64,000 bases of DNA, taken from NCBI GenBank assembly GCA_965215885.1, contig CBDCEW010000103.1:146638-210637 (forward strand). Reading direction: 5' to 3'. The notes below the pieces were generated by a model. The model worked only from the letters and a program-made list of their open reading frames with translations, ran no database searches and was not told where the DNA came from. Of the stretch, positions 30,893-40,846 are shown piece after piece. The DNA comes from Candidatus Moanibacter sp. (GTDB taxonomy: Bacteria > Verrucomicrobiota > Verrucomicrobiia > Opitutales > UBA2987). The position numbers and the translations under genes are program-made. Positions within the stretch are counted from its first letter, which is position 1, and every line of letters starts with the position of its first letter.

Positions 30893-31731
30893 CTAAAGCA
30901 AGATGTTATCAACCAATCTAAATTCATCGCAAACGGCTGCGGAAATCAATGTCTCGCCGGGAGTTATCGTGCGTAGGGTCTCAAGTGATTCATAGTGCAC
31001 AATGGAAACATAAATCACTCGTAATCCACGGTGTTGGCCGAGGATGTGGGTAATTTCTCCGATGACACGGTCGACGCTGCGCATTCCGCTTTCAACCATC
31101 TCACGTGCTGTCCTGAGAGCCTGATAGAGTGCCAGCGCATCTCTTCTATGGCTGCTCGTAAATCTGTCATTGTATGCGCCTTCCGCCAGACCATCCTCGG
31201 CGCGCACAGTAGGTCCCAACAATATATTAACAGGCAAATTCAGATCACGAACGACCCTTTCGATAACGACCGCCCCCTGCGCGTTTTTCTGTCCTAAGAC
31301 GACCGTATGAGGTCTAATAATGTTAATCAGCTTTACGAATATGGTCGCCTTCCCACGATATAGAGAAGGTCTCGATATTCCGCTCAATTCGAGACTCAAT
31401 GATTCCTCAACGACATAGGTCGAGTAGTGCGAAGGATACATTTCATCTTCGCTGGGGACGAAAAGATAATCAACCTCCCGCTCTTCACAAGCCGCCTGAT
31501 CACTTTCCAAACGGCGGGGATATTTGGCGGCGTCTTCATTGGGACCGAATTGTGCAGGATTAACGAAAATTGATACGATAACGACATCGGCATTCTTCTT
31601 CGCAATATCGATCAGGCTCAGATTTCCATTATGAAGGGCCCCCATTGTGGGCACGAGCCCAACATTTTCCCGTGCGCACGCATTTCCACGGCTACCTTCT
31701 GCATTTCACTGACAGTATCTATTGTTTGCAT
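30893..31731 (-). pseudogene. panC: Pantoate-beta-alanine ligase homologue; frameshift near 31665 and degenerate catalytic motifs
   Basis: MQTIDTVSEMQ from ATG 31731 is out of frame with GLVPTMGALH; SIFVNPAQF and RLVDN present. Confidence 0.75.
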
Positions 31732-31836
31732 TTGCCAAAGGACGAAATTCGCCTAGAAACGGACCTCTTTGTATAGAAAGTCCGCACGATCTACAAGACT
31801 CGTGTCGTTTATCGCAGCGGACGGCCGAGAAAGACT

Positions 31837-33060
31837 ATGGCGCGGATCAACGACAACTACCTCAAACTTCAGGCATCCTATCTTTTCAAGGATATCTCGA
31901 GGCGCGTGGCCTCCTACCAGGAGCGAAACCCGGAGCGGCAAATCATCAAATTGGGAATCGGCGATGTCACCGAACCTCTTCCTGTCGCTTGCCGCGAAGC
32001 CTTGCACGCGGCGGTTGATGAGATGGGGCAGAGGGAGACATTTCGCGGATACGATGACACCCCGGGCTACTCCTTCCTGCGCGATGAAATTGCGGCCAAT
32101 GATTTTGCGGCTCGCAGTGCACCGATCTCAGCGGACGAGATCTTTCTCAGCGACGGTGCCAAGAGCGACACTGCCGATATACAGGAGATCTTCTCCACCA
32201 ACTCGCGTGTTGCTATTCCGGATCCGGTCTACCCCGTTTACCTCGATACCAACGTTATGGCCGGCCGAACCGGAAAAAACGTCGACGGTCGCTACCAGGG
32301 AATCGTCTATCTGGAGTCGACCCCGGAGAACCATTATGTTCCGGATCTCCCCGAAGGCCCAGTCGATCTCATTTACCTCTGCTTTCCAAACAATCCGACG
32401 GGGGCAACGGCCACCAGGGAACAACTGAAGCGCTGGGTTGAATACGCCTCTACTCACCAGGCAATTATCCTCTTCGATGCCGCCTACCAAGCGTATATCC
32501 GAGACGAATCGATTCCGCATTCAATATATGAAATTGAAGGCGCACGCGAGGTGGCCATTGAATTTCACAGTTTCTCAAAAAATGCCGGATTCACCGGCGT
32601 CCGTTGCGCATTTACGGTTGTCCCAAAGGACCTCGTGGCACTCGATGCCAACGGCAACGAGCAATCCCTCCACGTCCTCTGGAGCCGCCGCTACTCGACC
32701 AAGTTCAACGGCGTCTCCTACCCCATCCAACGTGCCGCCGCCGCCGTCCACTCGCATGAAGGTAAGGCGCAGGTCCAGACACTGACCGATTTCTACCTGG
32801 GTAATGCCAAACTCATCCGTGAAGCGATGCAGGGGCTCGGTTACACCTGTGTGGGGGGAGACAACTCGCCCTACATCTGGATTCATATCGGAACGGACTC
32901 ATGGGAGTTTTTCGATCTGCTCCTTGAAAAGGCAGCAGTCGTAACCACTCCCGGCGTCGGGTTCGGGCGGTGCGGGGAAGGCCATGTCCGCATCAGCGCA
33001 TTCAACAGCCGCGAAAATGTGGAAGAGGCGCTGGAGCGGATCGCCCGCGTGCTAGGTTGA
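31837..33060 (+). CDS. dapL: LL-diaminopimelate aminotransferase
   Basis: [36 protein letters not shown] and TPGVGFG motifs. Confidence 0.95.
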   Translation: MARINDNYLKLQASYLFKDISRRVASYQERNPERQIIKLGIGDVTEPLPVACREALHAAVDEMGQRETFRGYDDTPGYSFLRDEIAANDFAARSAPISADEIFLSDGAKSDTADIQEIFSTNSRVAIPDPVYPVYLDTNVMAGRTGKNVDGRYQGIVYLESTPENHYVPDLPEGPVDLIYLCFPNNPTGATATREQLKRWVEYASTHQAIILFDAAYQAYIRDESIPHSIYEIEGAREVAIEFHSFSKNAGFTGVRCAFTVVPKDLVALDANGNEQSLHVLWSRRYSTKFNGVSYPIQRAAAAVHSHEGKAQVQTLTDFYLGNAKLIREAMQGLGYTCVGGDNSPYIWIHIGTDSWEFFDLLLEKAAVVTTPGVGFGRCGEGHVRISAFNSRENVEEALERIARVLG

Positions 33061-33067
33061 GACTGTG

Positions 33068-33262
33068 CTAATCCCGATCTTCTGATTTCTCCTCCAGCTC
33101 GGCTGAGTAGGTGGCGCTTTCAAATTTGAGTTGCCACACCGTATAGGCGACCCAAAGTGCAAAGCAGAGTAGAAACAGCGGCATCTCCCATCCCACGAAA
33201 GGGTAAAGGGGGCCGATGTCCAACGGATTGTCGGTCCATGATGTGATTTTTCCAGTCGTCAT
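33068..33262 (-). CDS. Small membrane protein coupled to the Amt-like gene
   Basis: 4-bp overlap with the amt stop; one TM helix; GPLYPFVGWE. Confidence 0.65.
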   Translation of the reverse strand: MTTGKITSWTDNPLDIGPLYPFVGWEMPLFLLCFALWVAYTVWQLKFESATYSAELEEKSEDRD

Positions 33263-34662
33263 AAATCCTTACGGTCCGGCATCTCTTCAGCTTCCGCAGC
33301 GCTCAATTCAGTCCGTTGCCTGCTTTCCAATCGCATTATCCGATGGTCCATGCCCGCAAATTCGATTTCCCTCGGGATGCGCAGGATGTCGAGTTTCTTT
33401 AACAGGAAGCCCAGCAGATAACATGGCACGAAACCAAGAACAAGAAACATCACGATCGCGCCGACCAGCTGCCCCCAGGGAGTGATGCTCGCGTATTCAG
33501 GGTTTGGCGAGGAAGGATAACCCCACAGAACAAAACCCGCGATAACGACACCGAGGATCCCCGCATAACCGTGCACGGCGACCGCCCCAACGGCATCGTC
33601 AATTTTGAATTTCCTCTCCACCCAATAATGCAACTTGTAGATGCAGCAGGCTCCAAATGCGCCGATCAGGAGCGCCTGCAACGGGTGGTAGAGATCATTG
33701 CCCGAAGAAGCTGTTATGATTCCGGCCAGTCCGCAGGAAAAGGTCCAGTAGGGATCCCCGCGTGAAACGAAATACCCGGCGATAAGGCCTCCGGCAAGAG
33801 AGAGGAGAAAATTGAAGGTGATCGCACTTAACGTTGTCGGCGTGAGATAAATAGTCGTCGCGGAGAAAAAGAATCTGCCGTCGTCGGGATCGATATCGAT
33901 GATGGGAATATTGCAAGCCGCATAGAACCCCCAGAAACCTGTGTAGATCAGAAAAAGGCCGATAATCACCAGCCAGGTATTCTGCGGCGGAAATCCCCTC
34001 GCCGTCCCATCGGCCCGAAAGCGCCCAATTCGCGGACCGAGATGGATGAGAATGGCCAGCGCCGAACCGCCGCTGATGGCGTGAATAACGCCGGAAGCGT
34101 AGGCATCGTGATACCCCAGCAGCTGCACCATCCATCCGTCCGCGGACCATCCCCAGGACGCATCGATCACCCAGGTGACGGATCCTACCAGAACGGCGAA
34201 TAACCAGAAGGCTCCTGAGCGAATTCGCTCGATGACGGCGCCCGATATGATCGAACCCGCCGTCCAAGAAAATAGAAGAAAAGCGGCCCAGAAAACGCCG
34301 TTGATTCGCGCCCAGTATATCGTATCTTCGGCCGAAAGCGCATTTGAGTGCGGCATCCCTCCCAGGTGAGTGCCCATCAGCTCGTTCCACGGAAGCGCCC
34401 AATCCGCCTGGAGGAGCCCCCCGGTTATGCCCGGTCCATTTTGAAAGGCAAAGTAGATCCACCACCCGAAGAAATAAAACGTCACTGTTATCAACGGAAT
34501 GAGCATCGCATTCTTCATCAAGGTGTGGAGCATGTTCTTTCGTCTCGAAGCTCCAACCTCGTAGAGACAGAAGCCCACGTGAATCAGAAACATCAATACG
34601 ACACACACCCAGTAGTAGAACTCGGTGAAAATGACGTTCAGAGAACTCAGTTCACTAGCCAT
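33259..34662 (-). CDS. Divergent Amt-family (methyl)ammonium transporter
   Basis: SGAVIER, LGPRIGRF and DDAVGAVAVHG motifs; many TM helices. Confidence 0.88.
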   Translation of the reverse strand: MASELSSLNVIFTEFYYWVCVVLMFLIHVGFCLYEVGASRRKNMLHTLMKNAMLIPLITVTFYFFGWWIYFAFQNGPGITGGLLQADWALPWNELMGTHLGGMPHSNALSAEDTIYWARINGVFWAAFLLFSWTAGSIISGAVIERIRSGAFWLFAVLVGSVTWVIDASWGWSADGWMVQLLGYHDAYASGVIHAISGGSALAILIHLGPRIGRFRADGTARGFPPQNTWLVIIGLFLIYTGFWGFYAACNIPIIDIDPDDGRFFFSATTIYLTPTTLSAITFNFLLSLAGGLIAGYFVSRGDPYWTFSCGLAGIITASSGNDLYHPLQALLIGAFGACCIYKLHYWVERKFKIDDAVGAVAVHGYAGILGVVIAGFVLWGYPSSPNPEYASITPWGQLVGAIVMFLVLGFVPCYLLGFLLKKLDILRIPREIEFAGMDHRIMRLESRQRTELSAAEAEEMPDRKDL

Positions 34663-34663
34663 A

Positions 34664-34725
34664 TTTTTTTGAGTCGCTTATCCCGAAGATTTGGTGAAAT
34701 CTTCGGGATAAGCGACTCAAAAAAA
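34664..34725. repeat. Perfect 29-bp-stem hairpin (4-nt loop) abutting the amt start codon
   Basis: TTTTTTTGAGTCGCTTATCCCGAAGATTT-GGTG-AAATCTTCGGGATAAGCGACTCAAAAAAA. Confidence 0.9.
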
Positions 34726-34752
34726 AAACAGGAATTTTGCTGCGCAAAATTC

Positions 34753-36090
34753 CTAGCTCCAGGGAAACGGGCTATGCGATACGGGATGCAACCTGCCCTC
34801 TCGATAGCGGGAGAATCGAAACGGTTCGAGCAGCCTGCTCTTCTCCCCTAAGAGCTCGTCGGCTACGAGTTTTCCCACACCCAACATCTTATAACCGTGA
34901 TTTGAATCCGCGATAATGTAGCAATTCTCCCGGAATACGTCGAAGACCGGAAAGCTGTCCGGTGTAAAACAACCCAGACCCCCGGAAGCCTCGTCGGACT
35001 TATAGAGCGGGTGCTTTCCCTTGAACCTCGCCTGACAGAAGGCTAGCGCGGAACACCACATCCTGGCGAATTCGTCTCCTGCCACATATTCCGGCGATTT
35101 CGGTCCATAAGGATCGACCTTCACCTCGTCCGGATCTCCCTCAACCTTATATGGCATCGCGCCTCCCTGCACTCCGCCGAAATTCAAATCGGGCTTATAG
35201 TAGACGCCCCACATCCCGTCCGAAATCCTCTCACCATCGATATCCGAATAGAGCGGTTCGTCCGCATCGAGATGAATCACCGGAGGCATCCCGCCGGCAT
35301 TTGTCTGTTGGAAGTCGGGTTCGACACCGAGGGTTCCCTCCTGCAAACACCAATAGGTCCACATCCGAACCCCCTCGTGCAGCGTTCCGTCGGCTAAAAT
35401 TCCAATCTCTTTTGGAAGGTCGAGCATTTCCCAGATCGATTTAATCCAGGGGCCTACGCCGATCACAACCGACTCCGTTTCAATCCTCCCAAGATTTGTC
35501 TCAACCGCCGTAACCGCACCCTCCGAGAAGTCAAGGCCCTCCACTCTTACACCCGTGAGAATTGCAACGCCCTCTCCTTTCGCCTTCTCGGCCAAACCCA
35601 ACATCGACTCCCGATTGTTTGCGTACCCGCCCTTCTTTTCGTGAAGCACGGAAGTGATTCCCCTCGCCTCCCAATCGTGCAGAATCCCGCGCATGTAGCG
35701 CAGACACCGTTCCTCTCCCTCAATAAACTCGGAATCATAACCGATCGCCTGTTGCTGCTCATAGACGGAAGCGATATCGGCATGCATGGACTCAGGGCTG
35801 ATCTGCATGTAACCGACCGGGTGGTAGCTGAATGCTTCGGGATCTGTCTCCCATACTTCTACACTGTGGGCCATGAGTTCCCGCATGGCCGGTTGAAAGT
35901 AATTGTTGCGAATCACCCCACAGGCGATCCCCGACGCACCGGCCGCGACCCCCTCCTTGTCCAGAACGACTATGTCTCCCCCCGAACCGCGCCCCCGTGC
36001 CACAAGCTTAAGGGCCAGGTGATAAGCCGTGCTCAGACCGTGGATGCCGGCGCCGACAATAACGTACTTGGAAGAGGTGGGGAGACTCAT
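34753..36090 (-). CDS. FAD-dependent oxidoreductase (DAO/SoxB-MgdA-like), candidate N-methylglutamate oxidase
   Basis: IVGAGIHGLSTAYHLA, GASG, FTPDSFP and HGYK motifs. Confidence 0.8.
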   Translation of the reverse strand: MSLPTSSKYVIVGAGIHGLSTAYHLALKLVARGRGSGGDIVVLDKEGVAAGASGIACGVIRNNYFQPAMRELMAHSVEVWETDPEAFSYHPVGYMQISPESMHADIASVYEQQQAIGYDSEFIEGEERCLRYMRGILHDWEARGITSVLHEKKGGYANNRESMLGLAEKAKGEGVAILTGVRVEGLDFSEGAVTAVETNLGRIETESVVIGVGPWIKSIWEMLDLPKEIGILADGTLHEGVRMWTYWCLQEGTLGVEPDFQQTNAGGMPPVIHLDADEPLYSDIDGERISDGMWGVYYKPDLNFGGVQGGAMPYKVEGDPDEVKVDPYGPKSPEYVAGDEFARMWCSALAFCQARFKGKHPLYKSDEASGGLGCFTPDSFPVFDVFRENCYIIADSNHGYKMLGVGKLVADELLGEKSRLLEPFRFSRYREGRLHPVSHSPFPWS

Positions 36091-36202
36091 TTACGAAAGA
36101 AAGCTCGATGATTTTTGACTATGTGCCCGAGGTCAGAACAATTCAATTTGAGAATATCCAATATCGAATACTCAAGTCTCAATCATCAAGGAAGGAAGAA
36201 CA

Positions 36203-36571
36203 ATGAAAGACACCAAGCACGAATACGATCTGGAAGATCGTCTCATCGAGTTCGCAGTTTCAATGATCGATATTGTTGAAGCGCTACCAAACACCCGGAC
36301 AGGGAACCACATCGCGGGGCAATTACTTCGATCCGGTACATCTCCTGCACCGAATTACGGAGAAGCGCAGGGCGCGGAATCAAGAAAAGACTTTATCCAT
36401 AAACTAAAGGTCGTACTGAAAGAACTCAGGGAAACAAAGGTTTGGCTGCGGATAATTCTACGTAAATCGCTAATTCACCATGAGGCGCAAGTAAAGACAG
36501 GGCTTGAAGAATGCGTTGAGTTGATCCGCATCTTTTCCAAGAGCATAAAGACCGCGAAAAGAGAATTATAG
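36203..36571 (+). CDS. Four-helix-bundle protein (23S rRNA IVS/S23 family)
   Basis: QLLRSGTSPAPNYGEAQGAESRKDFIHKL..LKELRET..WL. Confidence 0.92.
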   Translation: MKDTKHEYDLEDRLIEFAVSMIDIVEALPNTRTGNHIAGQLLRSGTSPAPNYGEAQGAESRKDFIHKLKVVLKELRETKVWLRIILRKSLIHHEAQVKTGLEECVELIRIFSKSIKTAKREL

Positions 36572-36932
36572 TACGGGTGCAAAATCTCGATTCTCCTAAA
36601 CTAGCACGTTGGAGCACCTTCTACAATCCTTCAAAATTCAACATCGAGAATTCAATATTGAGAATTTTCCCCACCGCGTTAACCGCTTCGGTATTCACAG
36701 CCCCGTTTCACCGTGAGGGTAGGAAGCTCGCTCGCGAGCGATTCGGAAATGTCGGTGTTCCTTTCGGCCGCGAGCGGCCTTCCTACACCTGCCGATCCTC
36801 GAAAATCCAATCCGCGTTCTTTCGCCTATTTAGCGGGCAAACATTCCTCATGTTTTCGTATTTCCAGCTCACACACTCCGCTTATCGCAATCTCCCACAC
36901 GGATCTTCAAGTCCCAATGGAAGGCCTTAATC

Positions 36933-37328
36933 TCAAAACTTCCCATACGCCTCTTTCAATTCTACCAGCGGATGCCTTCTGGACATCTGAAACTTTACCA
37001 GAAATTCCCGTGCCAGCATGTCTCGATCCTGCTGATCATCGGGCAACTCCATATCCTCGGGAAACCGCAACCATCCATTGATGTTGCGATCAAACACGGC
37101 AGGTTTCCCTTCCTCGTATCCCATATGCACGTCTTCGAGCCAGTTGAGATCCTGCCAACCCATCGCGTCCATATACTTTTTCAGGAACGGCGTCAGCTTC
37201 TCATAGTTCGGCAGCAGATTTACGTCGTAGCGATAACCGATATGCTGGCCGATCTCTTTCTCCCGTTCCGTGTCGAGCCCGTCCGATTGAAGGTAATGAT
37301 CTGCTTCTCTGTCCCCTTTTTGGTTCAT
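36933..37328 (-). CDS. Hypothetical protein within the methylamine cluster
   Basis: 131-aa ORF, co-oriented, protein-like composition; no family recognised. Confidence 0.7.
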   Translation of the reverse strand: MNQKGDREADHYLQSDGLDTEREKEIGQHIGYRYDVNLLPNYEKLTPFLKKYMDAMGWQDLNWLEDVHMGYEEGKPAVFDRNINGWLRFPEDMELPDDQQDRDMLAREFLVKFQMSRRHPLVELKEAYGKF

Positions 37329-37454
37329 TGCTTGATTCTACCGCCTACGGCTCACGCCGTGGGCTACGATTGTTACGCCGCTGACGCGGTTGATTATTCC
37401 AATGGCTTCACTCTTACACTATTTATTTCAGCGACCGACGGGAGCTGAGAAAAT

Positions 37455-38822
37455 CTAGAACCTCTTCATCTCCGAATGGCCGACAGTGTAGCGGGTGCCG
37501 GCCAGGGGCACCTCTGCCATCGCTGAAGCTTCCATTGTGAGCGCTGCTAAATCTTCCGGTTCCAGCGAATGAATGTTCGTCTTGCCGCAAGCCCTCGCCA
37601 ACATCTGGCACTCGATCGTAAGGGTGTGCAGGAAGTTGAATACGCGCTCCGCCGCTTCGTCGGGGTTCAGGCGCTTCCGCAGTTCCGGATCCTGGGTAGC
37701 CACTCCCACAGGACACAGTCCCGTGTGACAATGATAACAGTATCCGGCAGGGACACCGACCGTCCCTTCATAGTCGGCTTCCTGGATGTCCTTGTTGCAA
37801 TTGAGCGCAACCATCGCAGCTGTCCCGATCGCGATCGCATCCGCTCCAAGTGCCAGCGCTTTTGCCACGTCGCCGCCATGCCGGATCCCTCCGGCGTAAA
37901 CGAGAGAAATCTCGCCCGACTTTCCAACGTCCTCAAGAGCATGTCTCGCCTGACGAATTGCCGCGATACCGGGTATGCCGGTCTCTTCCGTCGCCAGGTG
38001 CGGGCCCGCTCCCGTCGAACCCTCCATGCCATCGATGTAAATACTGTCAGGGCCCGTTTTGGCCGCCATGCGGACGTCGTCGTATACGCGGGCAGCACCC
38101 AGCTTGAGTTGTATCGGCACTTCTCCGTTGGTCGCCTCCCTGATCTCGTCGATCTTAAGAGCGAGATCATCCGGGCCCAGCCAATCCGGATGACGGGCCG
38201 GTGATCGCTGATCGATTCCCGCCGGCAATGATCGCATCTCTGCCACCTGATCGGTTACCTTCTGCCCCATCAGATGGCCGCCCAACCCAACTTTGCACCC
38301 CTGCCCGATGAAAAATTCCACCGCATCGGCTACCTGCAGATGATGCGGATTGAATCCGTAACGTGACTGGATGCACTGATAGAGCCATTTGCTCGAATAG
38401 CGGCGCTCGTCCGGGAGCATGCCACCTTCTCCGGAACAGGTTGCCGTCCCCGCCATCGTCGCCCCACGGGCTAACGCGACCTTCGCCTCGTAGGAAAGAG
38501 CGCCAAAGCTCATCCCCGTAATATAGATCGGAATGTCCAGCTCCAGAGGACGTTTAGCTTTGGGCCCCAATACCGTTTTTGTCTCACACTTCTCGCGATA
38601 ACCTTCGATTACAAATCGGGTCAGCGTACCGGGCAGAAAAGTAAGGTCATCCCAGGAGGGTATCTTCTTGAAGATCGCCATACCGCGCATGCGGTATCGG
38701 CCCATCTCCGCTTTAATATGGATATCGTCGATAACCTCGGGGGAAAAGAGATAGTTTCTACCCAGGACATGCTTATTCCGCTGTCTTCCGCCATCAGCTG
38801 CCGTGATATTTTCTACTGCCAT
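37455..38822 (-). CDS. mgsC: FMN-binding glutamate synthase-family protein (N-methylglutamate synthase subunit C)
   Basis: MSFGALS, SGEGG, GQGCK.G.GGHL, CHTGLCPVGVATQDP. Confidence 0.82.
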   Translation of the reverse strand: MAVENITAADGGRQRNKHVLGRNYLFSPEVIDDIHIKAEMGRYRMRGMAIFKKIPSWDDLTFLPGTLTRFVIEGYREKCETKTVLGPKAKRPLELDIPIYITGMSFGALSYEAKVALARGATMAGTATCSGEGGMLPDERRYSSKWLYQCIQSRYGFNPHHLQVADAVEFFIGQGCKVGLGGHLMGQKVTDQVAEMRSLPAGIDQRSPARHPDWLGPDDLALKIDEIREATNGEVPIQLKLGAARVYDDVRMAAKTGPDSIYIDGMEGSTGAGPHLATEETGIPGIAAIRQARHALEDVGKSGEISLVYAGGIRHGGDVAKALALGADAIAIGTAAMVALNCNKDIQEADYEGTVGVPAGYCYHCHTGLCPVGVATQDPELRKRLNPDEAAERVFNFLHTLTIECQMLARACGKTNIHSLEPEDLAALTMEASAMAEVPLAGTRYTVGHSEMKRF

Positions 38823-38878
38823 GACTCTCTCGTTACTTTATGTTTTCGTCCAAGGTAGAGTTCCTCTTTGCAATTTCT

Positions 38879-38970
38879 TGTCATTGCGAGGAGGAACGAC
38901 GAAGCAATCCAGGATCCCGAAACGCTGAGAGGCTGGATTGCCACTCCCGCTCCGCGGGATCGCAATGACA
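38879..38970. repeat. GTCATTGCGAG...CGCAATGAC palindromic intergenic element
   Basis: TGTCATTGCGA / TCGCAATGACA arms with inner GCAATCCAG / CTGGATTGC. Confidence 0.75.
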
Positions 38971-39020
38971 ATGAGTGATGTGAACCCATCCGGTTAGACG
39001 CACTGTTAGTACCCCGAAAT

Positions 39021-39881
39021 TCACAATACGATCTTCTTCTCCGCCGGCTCCAGTTTATCGTAATTCCACAGCCGTTTTCCGGATACGATTTTCTGTAGAT
39101 TCATCACGCCGTTCGGCGCTTCGAGATTATACTGCGCCAGCTTTCGCTCCATCCAACTGATCTCGAGCTCAGTCAATTCTCCGGGCACGGCATCCACCCC
39201 CAACGATTTGATTCTTCCGCCGACGTAGATTGTGCCGTCATACATCGAATCGCCCAGATTCTCGTCCGCATCTCCCAATACGATCATGCGCCCCCGTTGC
39301 ATCATAAAGCCGGAGAGTGTTCCGGTGCGACCGCCCACGATTATCGTGCCACCCTTCATATTAATTCCGGTCCGGCTACCCACATCGCCTCGGCAGACTA
39401 GATCTCCCCCGCGAATGGCAGCCCCGAAACAGGAACCGGCGTTCTTCTCCACCAAGACGGTACCCGACATCATATTCTCGGCGCAGGACCAGCCTACGCG
39501 TCCACTAATCCTAACGTTAGGCCCATCGAGCAATCCGACGCCGAAGTAACCGAGCGACCCTTCAAATTCGAGCGTCAAACGGTTCAATATGCCGACTCCC
39601 AGGGAGTGCCGAGCGTTGGGATTGCGCACCACAATGTGCCCGTATCCCTCCGACATCAAAGCGCGGATCCTCGCATTCACTTCGCTGAACGACAGATCGC
39701 CGGCATCGATTTCGGAGCGCTTTTTCAAATCGCCTTCAAAACTATCGGGATAGAAGAAATTCTCCTCCGTCTCCGGTGCAAAGAAGTGCTTATGTTCCCT
39801 TCCGGAAAGCGACTCATCGTGCATTCCCATTTCATGGGATCTGCCTGTCGTATTACTGTTCATCTGTTTCAATTCTGCCAA
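39021..39881 (-). CDS. mgsB: GXGXG-domain protein (N-methylglutamate synthase subunit B)
   Basis: Repeated G..G..M.GG beta-helix motif; ENMMSG and GDSMYDG. Confidence 0.82.
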   Translation of the reverse strand: MAELKQMNSNTTGRSHEMGMHDESLSGREHKHFFAPETEENFFYPDSFEGDLKKRSEIDAGDLSFSEVNARIRALMSEGYGHIVVRNPNARHSLGVGILNRLTLEFEGSLGYFGVGLLDGPNVRISGRVGWSCAENMMSGTVLVEKNAGSCFGAAIRGGDLVCRGDVGSRTGINMKGGTIIVGGRTGTLSGFMMQRGRMIVLGDADENLGDSMYDGTIYVGGRIKSLGVDAVPGELTELEISWMERKLAQYNLEAPNGVMNLQKIVSGKRLWNYDKLEPAEKKIVL

Positions 39882-40804
39882 ACTCGCACTTCTCCGGCAT
39901 AGGGATCGGTTGTATCCACTTCAAACGGTATCACGGCACGAATGGCCACCTCCTCAGACGCTATCGCGATGCAGTCGTCGGATTCGTAGAGCACCATCGG
40001 CTTGGCGGCCAGTGTATCTTTCGCCATCCCCAACCCATTTGAGGTAGCGACCACGTAGGTAAACACCCCGTCAAGATCTTCGATCGAATCATTCAGCGCC
40101 GCCTCTAGAGAACCGCCCTTTTCGAGCTTATCCGCAACATACACGGCAATGAGCTCAGAATCGCAATCCGAGATAAACCGATGCCCCTCTCGCTCCATGT
40201 CCCTGCGCTTACTCCAGTAATTGGTCAACTGGCCGTTGTGGACCACCGAGATGTCGTTGAATGGATAGGCCCAATAGGGATGGGCGGAGCGAATATCGAC
40301 ATCCGATTCTGTCGCCATTCGCACATGCCCGATGGCATGCGAGCCTGAAAATCCACCAAGACCGTATTCCGCCGAGACGCTACGGGCATCTCCTAGATCT
40401 TTAATCAACTCGAGCCGGCTCCCGATCGAGAGAATCTTCACTCCTTCGATGTCCTCGATATAATCGGCAAAGCGCCGCAGTTCGCCTCCGTATCTCACCC
40501 GGTACATACAGGCGTATTCTCTCGCCTCTTCGGTCGAGACAATTTCTCCGCCAAGCGACGATATCCTTTTCTCAATCTCTGCTTTTCTCAACTTTATCTG
40601 TTCATGAATTTCGAATCCTTCCGCCAGCTTTTCCTGCTCCACTACGATAAGCCGCAAGACCAACTCACCCTCCACCGCCGCTCCGTAAAAAGCAAATCCA
40701 GTCGAATCCGGCCCACGATGCTTCATCGCGTGGAGCATCGCCGTGATTTCTTCCCCAATGCAACCGGTCTCTCCCCGGTGAATGATTCCTGCTATTCCAC
40801 ACAT
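39869..40804 (-). CDS. mgsA: Class II glutamine amidotransferase (N-methylglutamate synthase subunit A)
   Basis: N-terminal MCGIAG, HRGPDS, GHVRMATES, AHP and HNG motifs. Confidence 0.85.
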   Translation of the reverse strand: MCGIAGIIHRGETGCIGEEITAMLHAMKHRGPDSTGFAFYGAAVEGELVLRLIVVEQEKLAEGFEIHEQIKLRKAEIEKRISSLGGEIVSTEEAREYACMYRVRYGGELRRFADYIEDIEGVKILSIGSRLELIKDLGDARSVSAEYGLGGFSGSHAIGHVRMATESDVDIRSAHPYWAYPFNDISVVHNGQLTNYWSKRRDMEREGHRFISDCDSELIAVYVADKLEKGGSLEAALNDSIEDLDGVFTYVVATSNGLGMAKDTLAAKPMVLYESDDCIAIASEEVAIRAVIPFEVDTTDPYAGEVRVWQN

Positions 40805-40846
40805 TTTTGTTTAGCTCCGAAATTGTTTAGCGTGATTGCTTATGGG

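Noticed and set aside
33695..34606. 303-aa overlapping ORF in the Amt-like gene and similar long shadow ORFs (e.g. 17717-18583, 41742-42560, 11290-12084)
   Set aside because: They overlap confidently identified genes and show no recognisable motifs.
34664..34725. Bidirectional Rho-independent terminator
   Set aside because: T-tracts lie 5' of the stem on both strands, the wrong polarity.
36203..36571. Diversity-generating retroelement suggested by the Avd-like fold
   Set aside because: No reverse transcriptase and no template/variable repeat pair with adenine-specific mismatches.
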